Positions 51,981-64,000 of a DNA stretch of 64,000 nt are shown one piece after another. The notes beneath the pieces are model-generated. The model was given only the letters and a program-made list of their open reading frames with translations. It ran no database searches and was not told the DNA's origin. Each line of letters starts with the position of its first letter. Position 1 is the first letter of the stretch. Source of the DNA: Octopus vulgaris (Eukaryota); the NCBI GenBank assembly GCA_951406725.2, contig OX597843.1, forward strand, positions 5,456,001 through 5,520,000, given 5' to 3'. The position numbers were made by a program, and so were the translations under genes.

Positions 51981-52460
51981 GTGAGTTACCTATCGACTTG
52001 AGTATATAATCTATGTTCATCTGTCTGTCTATCTCTACATCTTGTTTTTTTTCTCTATGTCTGTTTATCTATCTATCTATCTGTTTATACATCTGTTTGC
52101 CTGTCTGATTGTTTATCTATGTATCTTTTTGTCTATCTATCTATGTATATGTCTCAGTTTGTCCATCTGTCTGTCTATACCTCATTTTGTCTACCTATCT
52201 TTCTATACAGTTGTCTGTCCGTGTGTCACTATATCTGTCTATGGCGGCAAGCTGGCAGAAACGTTAGCACGCCGGGCGAAATGCTTAGCGGTGTTTCATC
52301 TGCCGCTACGTTCTGAGTTCAAATTCCGCCGAGGTCAACTTTGCCTTTCATCCTTTTGGGGTCGATTAAATAAGTACCAGTTACGCACTGGGGTCGATAT
52401 AATACACACACACACACACATATATACTACTACTTCTATTTTTTTTTGTTTGTTTGTTAG

Positions 52461-52552
52461 ATTTTTCAAGAAGTCCGTCAACAAGATCTTCTCCAATGAT
52501 AGCAACAGTATGTTAAAAACGACCCCTGTTGTCAAGACCATGAGCATCCCAG
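52461..52552 (+). CDS. AT-hook/NECAB-like gene exon (end of ABM domain)
   Basis: TGTTAG|A TTT...CCA G|GTAAC gives FFKKSVNKIFSNDSNSMLKTTPVVKTMSIP. Confidence 0.85.
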
Positions 52553-52624
52553 GTAACGTCTAGAATCACTGTGTGTGTTTACGTCATCATCATCATCATC
52601 ATCTGTCGTTTATTAAACTGCTAA

Positions 52625-52678
<54 letters not shown>

Positions 52679-52970
52679 ATTAGGAGTAAATCCAAACTTA
52701 CAGAGAAAAAATTAGATTTAGGATTAAATCTAATTTTATAGTATAAATATATATTATATTAAATTAGAGATAAAACCACTATTAGGCAAATCAAACTGAA
52801 AATCATAAACCAATACATAGAAATAAAATTAATTAAAAAAATATAAAATATAAAAAAAATTTTTAATATTTTTTTAATAAATTTTATTTCTATGTATTGG
52901 CTTATGTTTTTCACTGTTTGATTTGCCTAATAGTGGTTTTATCTCTAATTTAATATAATATATATTTATA

Positions 52971-53233
52971 TAAAGTATAGAAGCCATCTTAACATGGCTA
53001 ACCACATAGGGGAGGGGGTGTTACTGTAGCTTTATAGCCCCAGGAGATCGGTGTCTCCAGCTGGCTTTAGACACCATTTCAGTGCCCTTGAAGTATTTGC
53101 AAAGGGAGGCTATCCCTTCCTCGCAAGCCTGAGTGATACGCTCGGACTAGTTTCGGGATTTTTGTCCCTTGTCAACGGGCGGTAACCACCAGGTCGCGAT
53201 GGGAGGGGGTGTTAAGATGGCTTCTATACTTTA
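52971..53233 (-). mobile_element. Penelope-like fragment with 24-bp inverted ends and a decayed hammerhead
   Basis: TAAAGTATAGAAGCCATCTTAACA...TGTTAAGATGGCTTCTATACTTTA; body related to 59207-59408. Confidence 0.6.
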
Positions 53234-53911
53234 CATTATCGAGCGATTACTGTTTCAATCTCATTCTGAGATTTAATTATGCTATATATATATATATATA
53301 TATAAGAAATGCTGTACGTTCGTTTAAATAATTAAAAACCACCGGTCACATGGTATGCACGAGTTTTATGTGAACTTGTCAGGTTTTTGGGTTTTTTTTA
53401 AATTTTCTATTTCAATCAAAATAATCAGGGACACACAATTAATTCCATTGCTACAGAGTTACAGATGAGATAATGTTGCCAGGAATACCTGCATCGGGCA
53501 TGGTTTTATTCAACATGTTCCCCCTCTCAGAATCACACACTTATTGCAGTGGTCCTTCAGTTTTTCTAAGCCCTGTAAAAGAACTTGGAAAGTTGTGCCC
53601 CTGCCACCCTCAAGAAAAGAAGTGTGCCCTTCTAACCAAAGTTATTATGCTCTTTTCTTCTAGAATTGTATTCCCTTCTGGCTTTGTGCCCTCCCTTCGG
53701 AAAATTCTAGGGACCTTGTCCGATACAGGTATTCCCTGCAACACTATAATTGCACACACACACATACATATTTACACGCACATCTGTAGTGATGATGATG
53801 ATGATGATGATGATATAAATGCCTTTTTTTCCATGACCCCCCCCTTTTTTTTACATATTTATCTTTCTTTTTTAGATATATTTTAATGCCCTTTTTTTCC
53901 TTCTTTCGCAG

Positions 53912-53937
53912 CTTCCTGGTGGCAAAAATGCAGCTAA
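53912..53937 (+). CDS. AT-hook/NECAB-like gene terminal exon
   Basis: TTCGCAG|CT TCC TGG TGG CAA AAA TGC AGC TAA completes TMSIPASWWQKCS*, matching the NECAB C-terminal TMLVPASWW motif. Confidence 0.85.
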
Positions 53938-55635
53938 TTTTATCAACCAAAGAATTTACTACTACAACTACTATTACTACTACTACTACTATTACTATTA
54001 CTACTACTACTACTACAACCATTACTATTACTTTACTATTATTACTGCTGATTACGCTATTGTCCTATAACCACCACCACTACCACCATCGCGCTACTGA
54101 CTATACCACTATGATGACGACAACCTATTTGGGTCTTGTTTTCCCTCCACCACCACCACCACCACCACCACTACCATTACTACAACCCCCACAACTATCA
54201 CCAGTGCCACCACCACCAAGGAAAACCATCTGTCACCTTTGTGTTACCTCTCGATTCGTTTTAATGAAGATTTGTAATTAACAAAGATTCGTTTAGCTGT
54301 GCTGGTGTTGTTTGTTGGTTTTTTTTTTAAAGATTTTTTTGGTTTTTTTTTTTAAGATTTGTTTTTCGTTTCTTTCTTTACATCGTAATCCTTTCGTGAT
54401 ATTCTTCTTCATAATGTTCGTCTCCTTGGACGTTTGTCATTGTTTAACAATCACAATGCTGACGTTGGCATTATCATCATCATCATCATCATCGTCATCA
54501 TCGTCATTATCACCACCGTCATTGTCTTTGCTGTCGTCTTTGTTTCCTTCATTGTTATCATTGCCATTTAAAGCAATGACACACAGTCACTGACAGTGAT
54601 GACGACGACGAGCCCCAGTCACCATGCTCCACCACCCCAACCTCGCCCTCTCCATCGCTGTTGCTGTCATTGACCAAAACATCGACGATGACAACACCCT
54701 CTTCCCCTTTTTCCACTGTTGTCTTCGTCGTCATCTTCATTGTCATTGTTAACACTGTCATCGTCATTGACATCCTCTTCACCATCTTCATTTTTATCAT
54801 TACCATTTGTCGCAGCAACTTAACACCATCACTGACAATGATGACGATGACAATAAGAAGCCTCAACTACCCTCACTCCCACCCCACCCTCTCCTTTCCA
54901 CCCTATCATTGTCTCTCATCGTCATCATTGTTGTCATAGTCAAAAACATCAACAATGATGACAGCGACGGCACCTTGCCCTCCCCTCTACTGTCGTTTTT
55001 GTCATGATCATCATCGTTGCCGTCATTTTTGTCATTGACATTTTCATTGTCGTCTTCATTTTCATCATTGCCATTTGTAAGGAACAAGACATCGCCATTG
55101 CTGATAGCAACGACCACCCCCACCCACCCGTCACTCCCCCTTCATCTCCGTCTTTTTTGTCGCCGTCGTGAATATCATCGTCGTCATTGACCAAAGAACC
55201 ATCATTTACAATGTCGACATCACCTCCCCTTTCCCTCTAATGCTATCATCGTCATCGTCATTATAAACATCTTCATTGGCGTCATCAGACATCGACGACG
55301 AGATCACCACCACCAATGACGAAACTTCCCGTCATCATCTTCGTTGTCAGTGACAATGAACATGATGGATGAATTGACCTCCACCCCACTTCACTGCTTC
55401 AATGAAAATAAAATACCATTTGTTCTTGTTATTGTTGTTGTTGTTTCTTTCAACCCCAATCCAGTAGGACCTACATTCAGAGCCTCTCCATCCGTGACCT
55501 TTCCATTATTTTCCTTTTTTGTAAGTGAAAAGCAACTAGGACCGAATGGAGCTTGTAAATCATATTCTATTTTTAATCGTGGAAGCAAAACTCTTATTTG
55601 ATTGTTGGTTCTTTGGTTGATTTATATGTGATTGT

Positions 55636-55864
55636 TTAACCCTTTCCTTACCAACCCGGCTGAAACCACCTCTGGCTCTGTAGTACAAATGTCTTGTTTC
55701 CATAAGTTTTGAATTAAAATCTTCCACCAAACCTTAGTCACAATTTATGTTCCTAACACTAGCTGAATGATAACTAAGTTATTTTACTAAATTCTTTGTT
55801 ATATTTAAAGTAATTGAAAGAAACACAGAGCATCTCAGCAGAAATATGGTAACGAAAGGGTTAA
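55636..55864. mobile_element. piggyBac-type MITE
   Basis: TTAA-CCCTTTCCTTACCA...TGGTAACGAAAGGG-TTAA. Confidence 0.8.
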
Positions 55865-56038
55865 AAAGGGTGAGAACAACAATGCTAAAACGTATTTGAA
55901 ACAATGGACAACAGTCGAAATATCATAATGGGTGGGTAAAGCAGCATCCTAAAAACTTTGGTGAGGCACAAGGAAATTTTCATCCTGAAAATGCGACCCC
56001 ATGAAAAAAGAAAAAAAAAAGTCTAGGAACTACTGCTA

Positions 56039-57185
56039 TAGGCGCAGGAGTGGCTGTGTGGTAAGTAGCTTGCTAACCAACCACATGGTTCCGGGTTCAG
56101 TCCCACTGCGTGGCATCTTGGGCAAGTGTCTTCTACTATAGCCTCGGGCCGACCAAAGCCACTCCTGCGCCTATATATATATATATATATATGTAGGCGC
56201 AGGAGTGGCTGTGTGGTAAGTAGCTTGCTTACCAACCACATGGTTCCGGGTTCAGTCCCACTGCGTGGCATCTTGGGCAAGTGTCTTCTACTATAGCCTC
56301 GGGCCGACCAAAGCCACTCCTGCGCCTATATATATATATATATATATGTAGGCGCAGGAGTGGCTGTGTGGTAAGTAGCTTGCTTACCAACCACATGGTT
56401 CCGGGTTCAGTCCCACTGCGTGGCATCTTGGGCAAGTGTCTTCTACTATAGCCTCGGGCCGACCAAAGCCACTCCTGCGCCTATATATATATATATATAT
56501 ATGTAGGCGCAGGAGTGGCTGTGTGGTAAGTAGCTTGCTTACCAACCACATGGTTCCGGGTTCAGTCCCACTGCGTGGCATCTTGGGCAAGTGTCTTCTA
56601 CTATAGCCTCGGGCCGACCAAAGCCACTCCTGCGCCTATATATATATATATATATGTAGGCGCAGGAGTGGCTGTGTGGTAAGTAGCTTGCTTACCAACC
56701 ACATGGTTCCGGGTTCAGTCCCACTGCGTGGCATCTTGGGCAAGTGTCTTCTACTATAGCCTCGGGCCGACCAAAGCCACTCCTGCGCCTATATATATAT
56801 ATATATATATGTAGGCGCAGGAGTGGCTGTGTGGTAAGTAGCTTGCTTACCAACCACATGGTTCCGGGTTCAGTCCCACTGCGTGGCATCTTGGACAAGT
56901 GTCTTCTGCTATAGCCCCGGGCTGACCAATGCCTTGTGAGTGGATTTGGTAGACGGAAACTGAAAGAAGCCTGTCGTATATATGTATGTGTCTGTGTTTG
57001 TCCTCCTTAGCATCGCTTGACAACCGATGCTGGTGTGTTTACGTCCCCGTCACTTAGCGGTTCGGCAATAGAGACCGATAGAATAAGTACTGGGCTTACA
57101 AAGAATAAGTCCCAGGGTCGATTTGCTCGACTAAAGGCGGTGCTCCAGCATGGCCGCAGTCAAATGACTGAAACAAGTAAAAGAC
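56039..57185 (+). repeat. Tandem array of six SINE-A heads (~155-bp period) ending in a full SINE
   Basis: GGCGCAGGAGTGGCT starts at 56041, 56196, 56351, 56506, 56659, 56814. Confidence 0.92.
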
Positions 57186-57639
57186 TATAGAAGAAAACAC
57201 AGATGCCCAAGGTGCCATGCAAGCTGCTTCTTACCACACCACCAAGCCTGTGTCTGAGCACAGAAGTAAATAATGCCACCCTGTGGTACCTACTTACAGC
57301 CAGGTGGACTGCAACACAATTAACAACAACACAAAAGAAATAACAAAAAAGACATTGCTGTTATTATTATTATTATTATTATTTATATCATTTTTTAAAA
57401 TACTTTTTGCAGTTTATTTTTTATATTTATTTACTGGCCAAATTGAGAATTTTATGAGAGAGTGTGTGTGTGTGTCTGAATGTGTATGTTTATTTGTATG
57501 TGTGTGTGTGTGTAATCCTGTCTCTGTTTGGATATGTTTGAGTGTGTGTATGTGTGCCTCTTTGTATCTGTGCATGTCTGTGTGTGTTTGCATATGTGTA
57601 TAACTCGAGTGTGTGCGTGTGTGTATTTGTATGTATGTA

Positions 57640-57675
<36 letters not shown>

Positions 57676-57793
57676 CATACATATAGATGTATGTATATAT
57701 GTGTGTATATATATATATGTGATGATGATGATACATACATATAGATGTATATATATATATATGTGTGTGTACACATGTTTGCGTGTGTGCACT

Positions 57794-57829
<36 letters not shown>

Positions 57830-58122
57830 CACATGTATGTATATATGTGTGTGCACATGTGTGTATGTATATATATGTATGTGTGTGTGTGTATGTATGT
57901 ATATATATGTGTGTGTGTGTGTGTGTGTATATATATAAAAAACTATCAGGGTGTATCTATGTATGAATACTTGCATCTATATATGTGTATAACAAACCTT
58001 AAGTATCTGTATACACACATGTATATATATGTTGTATATATCTGTGTGTGTGTGTGTGTGTGTATAACTGTCTATGTGTATGAATGTATGAACGTGTGAA
58101 TGTATGAACGTGTGTGTGTGTG

Positions 58123-59109
58123 TCATTGCTCCGTTAAGAGAATATTGTCACATTTCTTGAGACTGGCGCCGAGTTCGTTGACCAGTTTCTGTCTCTTCAA
58201 CAAAGCAATGTCTTTCTCCAGAGCGATCACCTCCATCTTGGCAAGATGTTCCTGCGACATAAACGCCATCCGTTGTTCGTGTTCGGCACGATGGAAGTCC
58301 AAGAGGTGTTCCTCAAAGCTCAGACTCTCCTCCACCACCTCTTCCAAACCGCTGACCCCGCCGCCGCCAATCCTGCCGCTTTTCCCGACCGCCGCCGCCT
58401 CCGAGAAGTCCATCGCAGTGGCAGCGGCAGAAGCGGCTGCAGCGGCTGCTGCCGCCGAAGACGCAGCGGAAGCCGACGACAGCGGTAGCAGCCGGACCAT
58501 CCCGGCCGCGGCGGCAGCAGCAGCGGAGGAAGCAGCCGACGCCACGGCATTGCTGCTGCCATTGCCGCTGCCGGTCTTGATGTTGCTGTTGTTGACAATG
58601 AAGTTGTTGTTGTTGTTGGTGTTGCGGATTCCATTGAAATTCATATTAATGATGCTGGAATATCCGTCATCAGCAGTGTCATCATCTTCATTATTGTCAT
58701 CATCATCATCATCAACAACCCCACCACCGCCACTAACAACAATACCACAATCATCAACAACATTACTACCACCGCCGCCACCAATACCACTACCACCGCC
58801 ATGACCACCACCACCACCATGCTGATGGCCACTATCTATATAATAATCATCGTAGTCATCGCAGAGTTCCACCTTCTGGTACACCATAGAGTTCTGATTG
58901 GCCGCGGTGGGGCCGGCAGTGGAATATATGTCCAGTTGGCCCGAGGGGCTACTGCTGCAGTTGTCCATTTGGTCGTTGTTGGTCGGAAATTCTTCGAAGG
59001 CTGCCTCTTCTTTTTGGACGAACATCTGGGACTGAATCTGGCTCAGCTGTGAAGACGATAGTCCGCAGAGGTTGCTGGATTCCATGGTTAACGGGGTCGA
59101 CTTCTCAAA
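58123..59109 (-). CDS. Uncharacterised gene, terminal exon: low-complexity G/D/N/A tracts and C-terminal coiled coil
   Basis: TTCCAG|TTT acceptor, 329 open codons, GC-rich coding-like composition; ends FEEHLLDFHRAEHEQRMAFMSQEHLAKMEVIALEKDIALLKRQKL...EQ*. Confidence 0.8.
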   Translation of the reverse strand, partial: FEKSTPLTMESSNLCGLSSSQLSQIQSQMFVQKEEAAFEEFPTNNDQMDNCSSSPSGQLDIYSTAGPTAANQNSMVYQKVELCDDYDDYYIDSGHQHGGGGGHGGGSGIGGGGGSNVVDDCGIVVSGGGGVVDDDDDDNNEDDDTADDGYSSIINMNFNGIRNTNNNNNFIVNNSNIKTGSGNGSSNAVASAASSAAAAAAAGMVRLLPLSSASAASSAAAAAAAASAAATAMDFSEAAAVGKSGRIGGGGVSGLEEVVEESLSFEEHLLDFHRAEHEQRMAFMSQEHLAKMEVIALEKDIALLKRQKLVNELGASLKKCDNILLTEQ

Positions 59110-59206
59110 CTGGAAATTAAAAAGAAAAGGAAAACGATATATATATACTGGAAAAAGTATATGTATTTGTGAAGGGAACCGACTTCTTGTCGACAACTAT
59201 GATTGT

Positions 59207-59408
59207 CACATGCCGATGACGGGTCAATACCCTGAAACTCGAGTCCGTGTGTATCATAAGTTGAAGACGGGAAGGATGGCTTCCCTTCGCAAATACTGAT
59301 AGGGCACAGAAAGTGTGTCTATAGCCAGCTGGAGGTGTCCTCCTGGGGCTACAAACTACAGTAGCATGCACCCTTAGGGGTTAGCCATATTCAAATGGCA
59401 AATATATG
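59207..59408 (+). mobile_element. Penelope-like terminal fragment carrying a minimal type-I hammerhead-like motif
   Basis: CACATG-CCGATGA-C-GGGT(CAAT)ACCC-T-GAAA-CTCGAG-TC-CGTGTG at 59207-59251. Confidence 0.65.
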
Positions 59409-60329
59409 ATACATATATATATACACACATATGTTTTGCATATACATGTATAAAAAAATCAAAAATCAAAATCGATCAACAGGAATGGAAATTGTAGCTG
59501 TGATAGCAGTGCCGGTGGCACATAAGAGAACCATCCGAATGTGGCTGCTGCCAGCGCTGCCCCGACTGGCTTCCGTGCTGGTGGCATGTAAAAAGCACCA
59601 TCCGATTGTGGCCGTTTGCCAGCCTCGCCTGGCCTCTGTGCCGGTGGCAGGTAAAAAGCACCATCCGACCGTGGCCGTTTGCCAGCCTCGCCTGGCCTCT
59701 GTGCTGGTGGCACGTAAAAAGCATCATCCGATCATGGCCGTTTGCCAGCCTTTGTGCCGGTGGCACGTAAAAAGCACCATCCGACCGTGGCCGTTTGCCA
59801 GCCTTGTCTGGCACCTGTGCCGGTGGCACGTAAAAAGCACACACTACACTCACGGTGTGGTTGGCGTTAGGAAGGGCATCCAGCCGTAGAAACACTGCCA
59901 GATCAGACTGGAGCCTGGTGCAGCCTTTGGGCTTCCCAGATCCTTGGTCGAACCGTCCAACCCATGCTAGCATGGAGAACGGACACTAAACGATGATGAT
60001 GTATACATATCTGTACATAAATACACATACACATACATACAGTCCAGCTGTGTCTTTTACAATAGCCTTGAGCTGACCAAAGCTTTGTGGGTGGATTTGA
60101 CCCTTTCCTTACTGCATTTATTTTGAGATACCCTCTGTTTCTGTCACTTACTTTAAATATAACAAAGAATTTAGTAAAATAACTTATAATCACTCACAAT
60201 GCCCGGTCTGGGAATCGAAACTGCGATCCTACGACCACGAGTCCGCTGCCCTAACCACTGGGCCATTGCACCTTCACGGAGACTAATTAACTCACAGGTA
60301 ATTGCAAATGAAGCTACAAAAATACTCAC

Positions 60330-60467
60330 GGAATTTGTCTGGATCAAGAATTCTGTGGTTTCTTTCTTTTCAGCAGCAAAATTCGGTTTCAGTGGCCAAT
60401 CGAATTGCAGGACTGAATTCTTTCGGTGTTGGAGAGCCTTCTTCAGTGCCTTTGTGTGGGAATGAAC
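60330..60467 (-). CDS. Uncharacterised gene, internal exon
   Basis: TTTCAG|GTT...TCC|GTGAGT; 46 codons VHSHTKALKKALQHRKNSVLQFDWPLKPNF...IQTNS; phase 0-0 fits both neighbours. Confidence 0.7.
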
Positions 60468-61269
60468 CTGAAATTGGTAAAATGCTGCTTAGTTCTGTAT
60501 AAAGATTGAACTCACTACCTCGTGATTGTGAGCGTGGCACTCTAACCACTGTGCCATTGTTTTCTTTGGTTGCTTCTGTGTCTTCCAACATAGAAACAAT
60601 GCAACAGAGACTTTAGAAATAAGATTTACACTCTGAACAATCTAAGAAGGTATGTGCAGGGTTAACAAATATTTTTACTGGGCAGAGTAGCAACAGGTAT
60701 TGACCTTTTAAAAAGCGGCGAGCTTGCAGAACGGTTAGCACACCGGGCGAAATGCTTTGCGGTATTTCGTCTGCCGTTACGTTCTGAGTTCAAATTCCGC
60801 CGAGGTCGACTTTGCTTTTCATCCTTTCGGGGTCGATAAATTAAATACCAGTTACGCACTGGGGTCGATGTAATCGACTTAATACCTATGTCTGTCCTTG
60901 TTTGTTCCCTCTATGTTTAGCCCCTTGTGGGTAATAAAGAAATATGTATTAACCTAGTACATAATAATAATAATAATTAATTCTTTTTATTGGCCACAAG
61001 GGCTGACACACACGATTGGAAAACATAAAGGGACAAAAGGTTTGTGTCCGTTTTTCGAAAGAAAAAGGGCTGTGTAAAACAAGCTTTACAACAACGAAAA
61101 AATTCAACAATTTACAAAACTCCCAATAGAGGAGACGCTTCGAAAAAAGAAAAGGTCTCACATGGAAAAACCCATAAAAGCCACGGGAGCCTGGTCAAAA
61201 GTGGGGTAGAGAGCCCCTTTCTCCTTTTATAATACCTTTTTCAATTACAGGCGAAACCTCAGAATTGGT

Positions 61270-61831
61270 CCAGACAGAAAGATAGATGCAAATAGGCCAG
61301 ACATCATATTGAAAGACTTCAGACAAAGAACATGCCTCCTCATTGATATGACTGTCCCAATCGATATAAACGTATCTGTCAAGACCTACCAAGTATAAAG
61401 ATCTTGAAATAGAAATTAGCAAAATGTGGAACCTGAAGACTAAACAATACCTATTTCTTTACTACACACAAGGGACTAAACACAGAGAGGACAAACAAGG
61501 ACAGACAAACGGATTAAGTCGATTATATCGACCCCATTGCGTAACTGGTACTTATTTAATCGACCCCGAAAGGATGAAAGGCAAAGTCGACCTCGGCGGA
61601 ATTTGAACTCAGAACGTAGCGGCAGACGAAATACCGCTAAGCATTTCGCCCGGCGTACTAACGACTCTGCCAGCTCACCACCTTCTAAACAATACCTGTT
61701 GTCATAGGTGCCCTGGGAATGATAGCAAAAGGGGCTGATTGCTACCTAGCTCAAATACCAGGAAACCCCAAAATGGCAGAACTTCAAAAGATAGTGCTCA
61801 TGGGAACTGCTCATATCCTATGCAAAATACT
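61270..61831 (+). mobile_element. R4/Dong-like LINE fragment with nested SINE (TSD CTAAACAATACCT)
   Basis: Same RPDIILKD...PVVIGALG sequence as 26618-26946; SINE at about 61453-61685 between 13-bp direct repeats. Confidence 0.8.
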
Positions 61832-62060
61832 TTAACCCTTTAGTGCTTGCATTATTCTGCCAAAATTAATGCTTTTTTATCCACATTGCTTTGAACTAAT
61901 CATGCATTATCTTGTAACTATGAGATTTTGATGAGGAAACTGTTAATTTTTAAAACGACATTGTAGGGTCGGTGTGAGAGACCAGATCTTGCCAGTTTGA
62001 CCATAAAACACGCAGAATATTTTTGGCCGGATATGGCCGGTTTAAATGCTAAAGGGTTAA
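61832..62060. mobile_element. piggyBac-type MITE (inverted relative of 1046-1275)
   Basis: TTAA-CCCTTTAG...CTAAAGGG-TTAA. Confidence 0.8.
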
Positions 62061-62178
62061 AACAAACAAGTCCTGGGATCGACTTGTTCAACTAAGACCC
62101 TTCGAGGCAGTAGGCCTCCAGCATGGCCACGGTCAAATGACTGAAATAAATAAAAGAGTAAAGAACAAAAAAAAATAC

Positions 62179-62348
62179 CTTCCTCCATTTGACTTTCTTT
62201 ATGGGTGGCACCCACGCGTATTCCGGCTCCACGTGGCTTCCTATCAGTTTCACCTCCCACATACCTATCTGGTCGGAATGCATGGTGAGGAGAACTTTGA
62301 AGGAGCAGCGGTGGCCCATCTTGGCCCGTTCGGTTTTCTTTGGACAAT
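62179..62348 (-). CDS. Uncharacterised gene, exon with second half of the Cys/His domain
   Basis: TTCTAG|AT TGT...AAG|GTATTT gives DCPKKTERAKMGHRCSFKVLLTMHSDQIGMWEVKLIGSHVEPEYAWVPPIKKVKWRK. Confidence 0.8.
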
Positions 62349-63349
62349 CTAGAAGAAAAAAAAAAATGAATACAATAAATGAATTATATTAGACACGTAG
62401 TCCAGTCCCTGCCAGAAAAAACAACATATGACGACGATGATGATGATGATGATGATTACGATGGTGGTGGCGATGATGATGATGATCATCATCATCATTT
62501 AACGTCTGCTTTCCATGCTAGCATGGGTTGAACGATTTGACTGAGGTCTGTCGAACCAGATGGCTGCACCAGGCTCCAGTCTGATCTGGCAGAGTTTCTA
62601 CGGCTGGATGCCCTTCCTACCGCCAACAACTCCGAGAGTGTAGTGGGTGCTTTTTATGTGCCACCGGCACGGTGGGTCAGTCAGGCGGTACTGGCAATGA
62701 CCTTGCTCAAATGGTGTGTTTTACGTGTCACCTGGAGCCAGTCCAGCGGCACTGGCAACAACCTCGCTCGAATGTTTTTTCCACGTCAGTAAGGCAACGC
62801 TGGTAATGATCACGCTCGAAATGGTGCTTTTTACGTGCCACCGGCACGGAAGCCAGTTGGCTGCTTTGGCAACGATCATGCTTGGATGGTGCTCTTGGCA
62901 CCCCGCTAGCATGGATGCCAGTCATCGAATTTGATTTCAATTTCGATTTCACTTGCCCCAACAGGTCTTCACAAGCAGAGTTTAGTGTCCAATGAAGGAA
63001 AAGGTACGCATAAGCGGGCTGGTTACACTCCTGGCATAAGCTACGAGGTAAATGATGATGATGATGATGACATGTTAAAAGCACTGATGATGGTACCACG
63101 TAAAAATCATTGGTAATGGTTCCACATAAGACACACTCAGTACACTATATGGAGTGGTTGGCATTAGGAAGGGCATCCAGCTGTAGAAACCAAGCTAAAA
63201 CAGACTATGGGACTAGATGTAGTCCCTGACATTGCCAGTTCCTATCAAACCGTCCAACCCATATCAGCACAGAAAACAGACATTAAATGATGATGATGAT
63301 GGTGATGATGGCATGCAAACAAAGATATCAAAAGATCTGAGAGACTTAC

Positions 63350-64000
63350 CAACAATGCAGTCCCCTATTCCTCCACATTTTCGTCGACAGCTCCCTTCAC
63401 CGTTGCACAAAAGGTCCTCTTTCACAACAATGCACCTCCTGGAAGGGGTGATTGCAAACACAGGATGGAATATATCGGTAAGAAATCCGTTGGGCCCTTC
63501 TTCGATACCTACCAGATCTTTGCGCATAATTTGCCTGCCTTTCCTTATCATGACGGCCTGGTTGAATTTCGGCTTGCTCGCCAAAAACTCCACCAGTTTC
63601 TCCTGCGGCACACATTCAGAGTCACACTTCAACAAACCGAATGTCTTATCGACATGTTTGTTGTTGTTTCTGTAGTTGTTGTGAGTGATGGTCGTGGTGG
63701 CGGTGGTGGTGATAGCATTTGTGGTGGAAGCGGTGGTGGTGTTGGAGGATGAGGCGGAGGAGGGCGTGTTTAACGATGATGATAATGACGATGGTGATGA
63801 TGATGATGGCGATGACGATGTGATGCTGATGCTGCGGCTGTTCACGTGGCGCTGTTGTTGTCTCTGTTGCTGGAGGTGGCGATAGCGCTGCTCCTGGAGG
63901 AGATAGTGCTGGCGGCGGAGCTCACTGTTGGCGGTGCTCGTTGTCGTGGTGACGTTCGAAGCACCGCTGCTGTTGTTGCTGCTGCTGGTGCCGTTCGTAT
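63350..64000 (-). CDS. Uncharacterised gene, exon running off the window edge (S/T/Q/N-rich region, then globular Cys-rich domain)
   Basis: Frame open from 63998 to the donor G|GTAAG at 63350; ...LVEFLASKPKFNQAVMIRKGRQ...LLCNGEGSCRRKCGGIGDCIV; phase 1 matches the next exon. Confidence 0.8.

Noticed and set aside
60370-60591. 73-aa minus-strand ORF from the track
   Set aside because: Wrong frame; the splice-compatible exon is 60330-60467 in another frame.

Overview
Eukaryotic, AT-rich, repeat-saturated genomic DNA. The SINE/LINE families, (TA)n/(GAT)n tracts and gene content suggest a coleoid cephalopod, probably Octopus (inference). Four spliced protein-coding genes can be assembled by hand with canonical GT-AG junctions and consistent phases. 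(1) The 3' part of a PRDM9/7-like PR/SET + C2H2 gene (+, 3743-9288), whose finger array is mostly about 15 near-identical 168-bp repeats of ligand-less zinc-finger pairs with a 2-bp frameshift. (2) A complete 8-exon WRNIP1 (-, 10951-30776, 632 aa). (3) A 7-coding-exon gene (+, 43785-53937, about 427 aa) joining two AT-hooks to a NECAB-type coiled coil and ABM domain, with no visible EF-hands. (4) The 3' part of an uncharacterised gene (-, 58123 to beyond 64000) with a Cys/His-rich domain and a C-terminal coiled coil. The rest is tRNA-derived SINEs, CR1, RTE, R4/Dong and Penelope-like fragments (with hammerhead-like motifs), piggyBac- and mariner-like MITEs, TE-derived tandem arrays, palindromes and local duplications. 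There is no CRISPR array, rRNA or genuine tRNA. All family assignments are by eye and need database confirmation.
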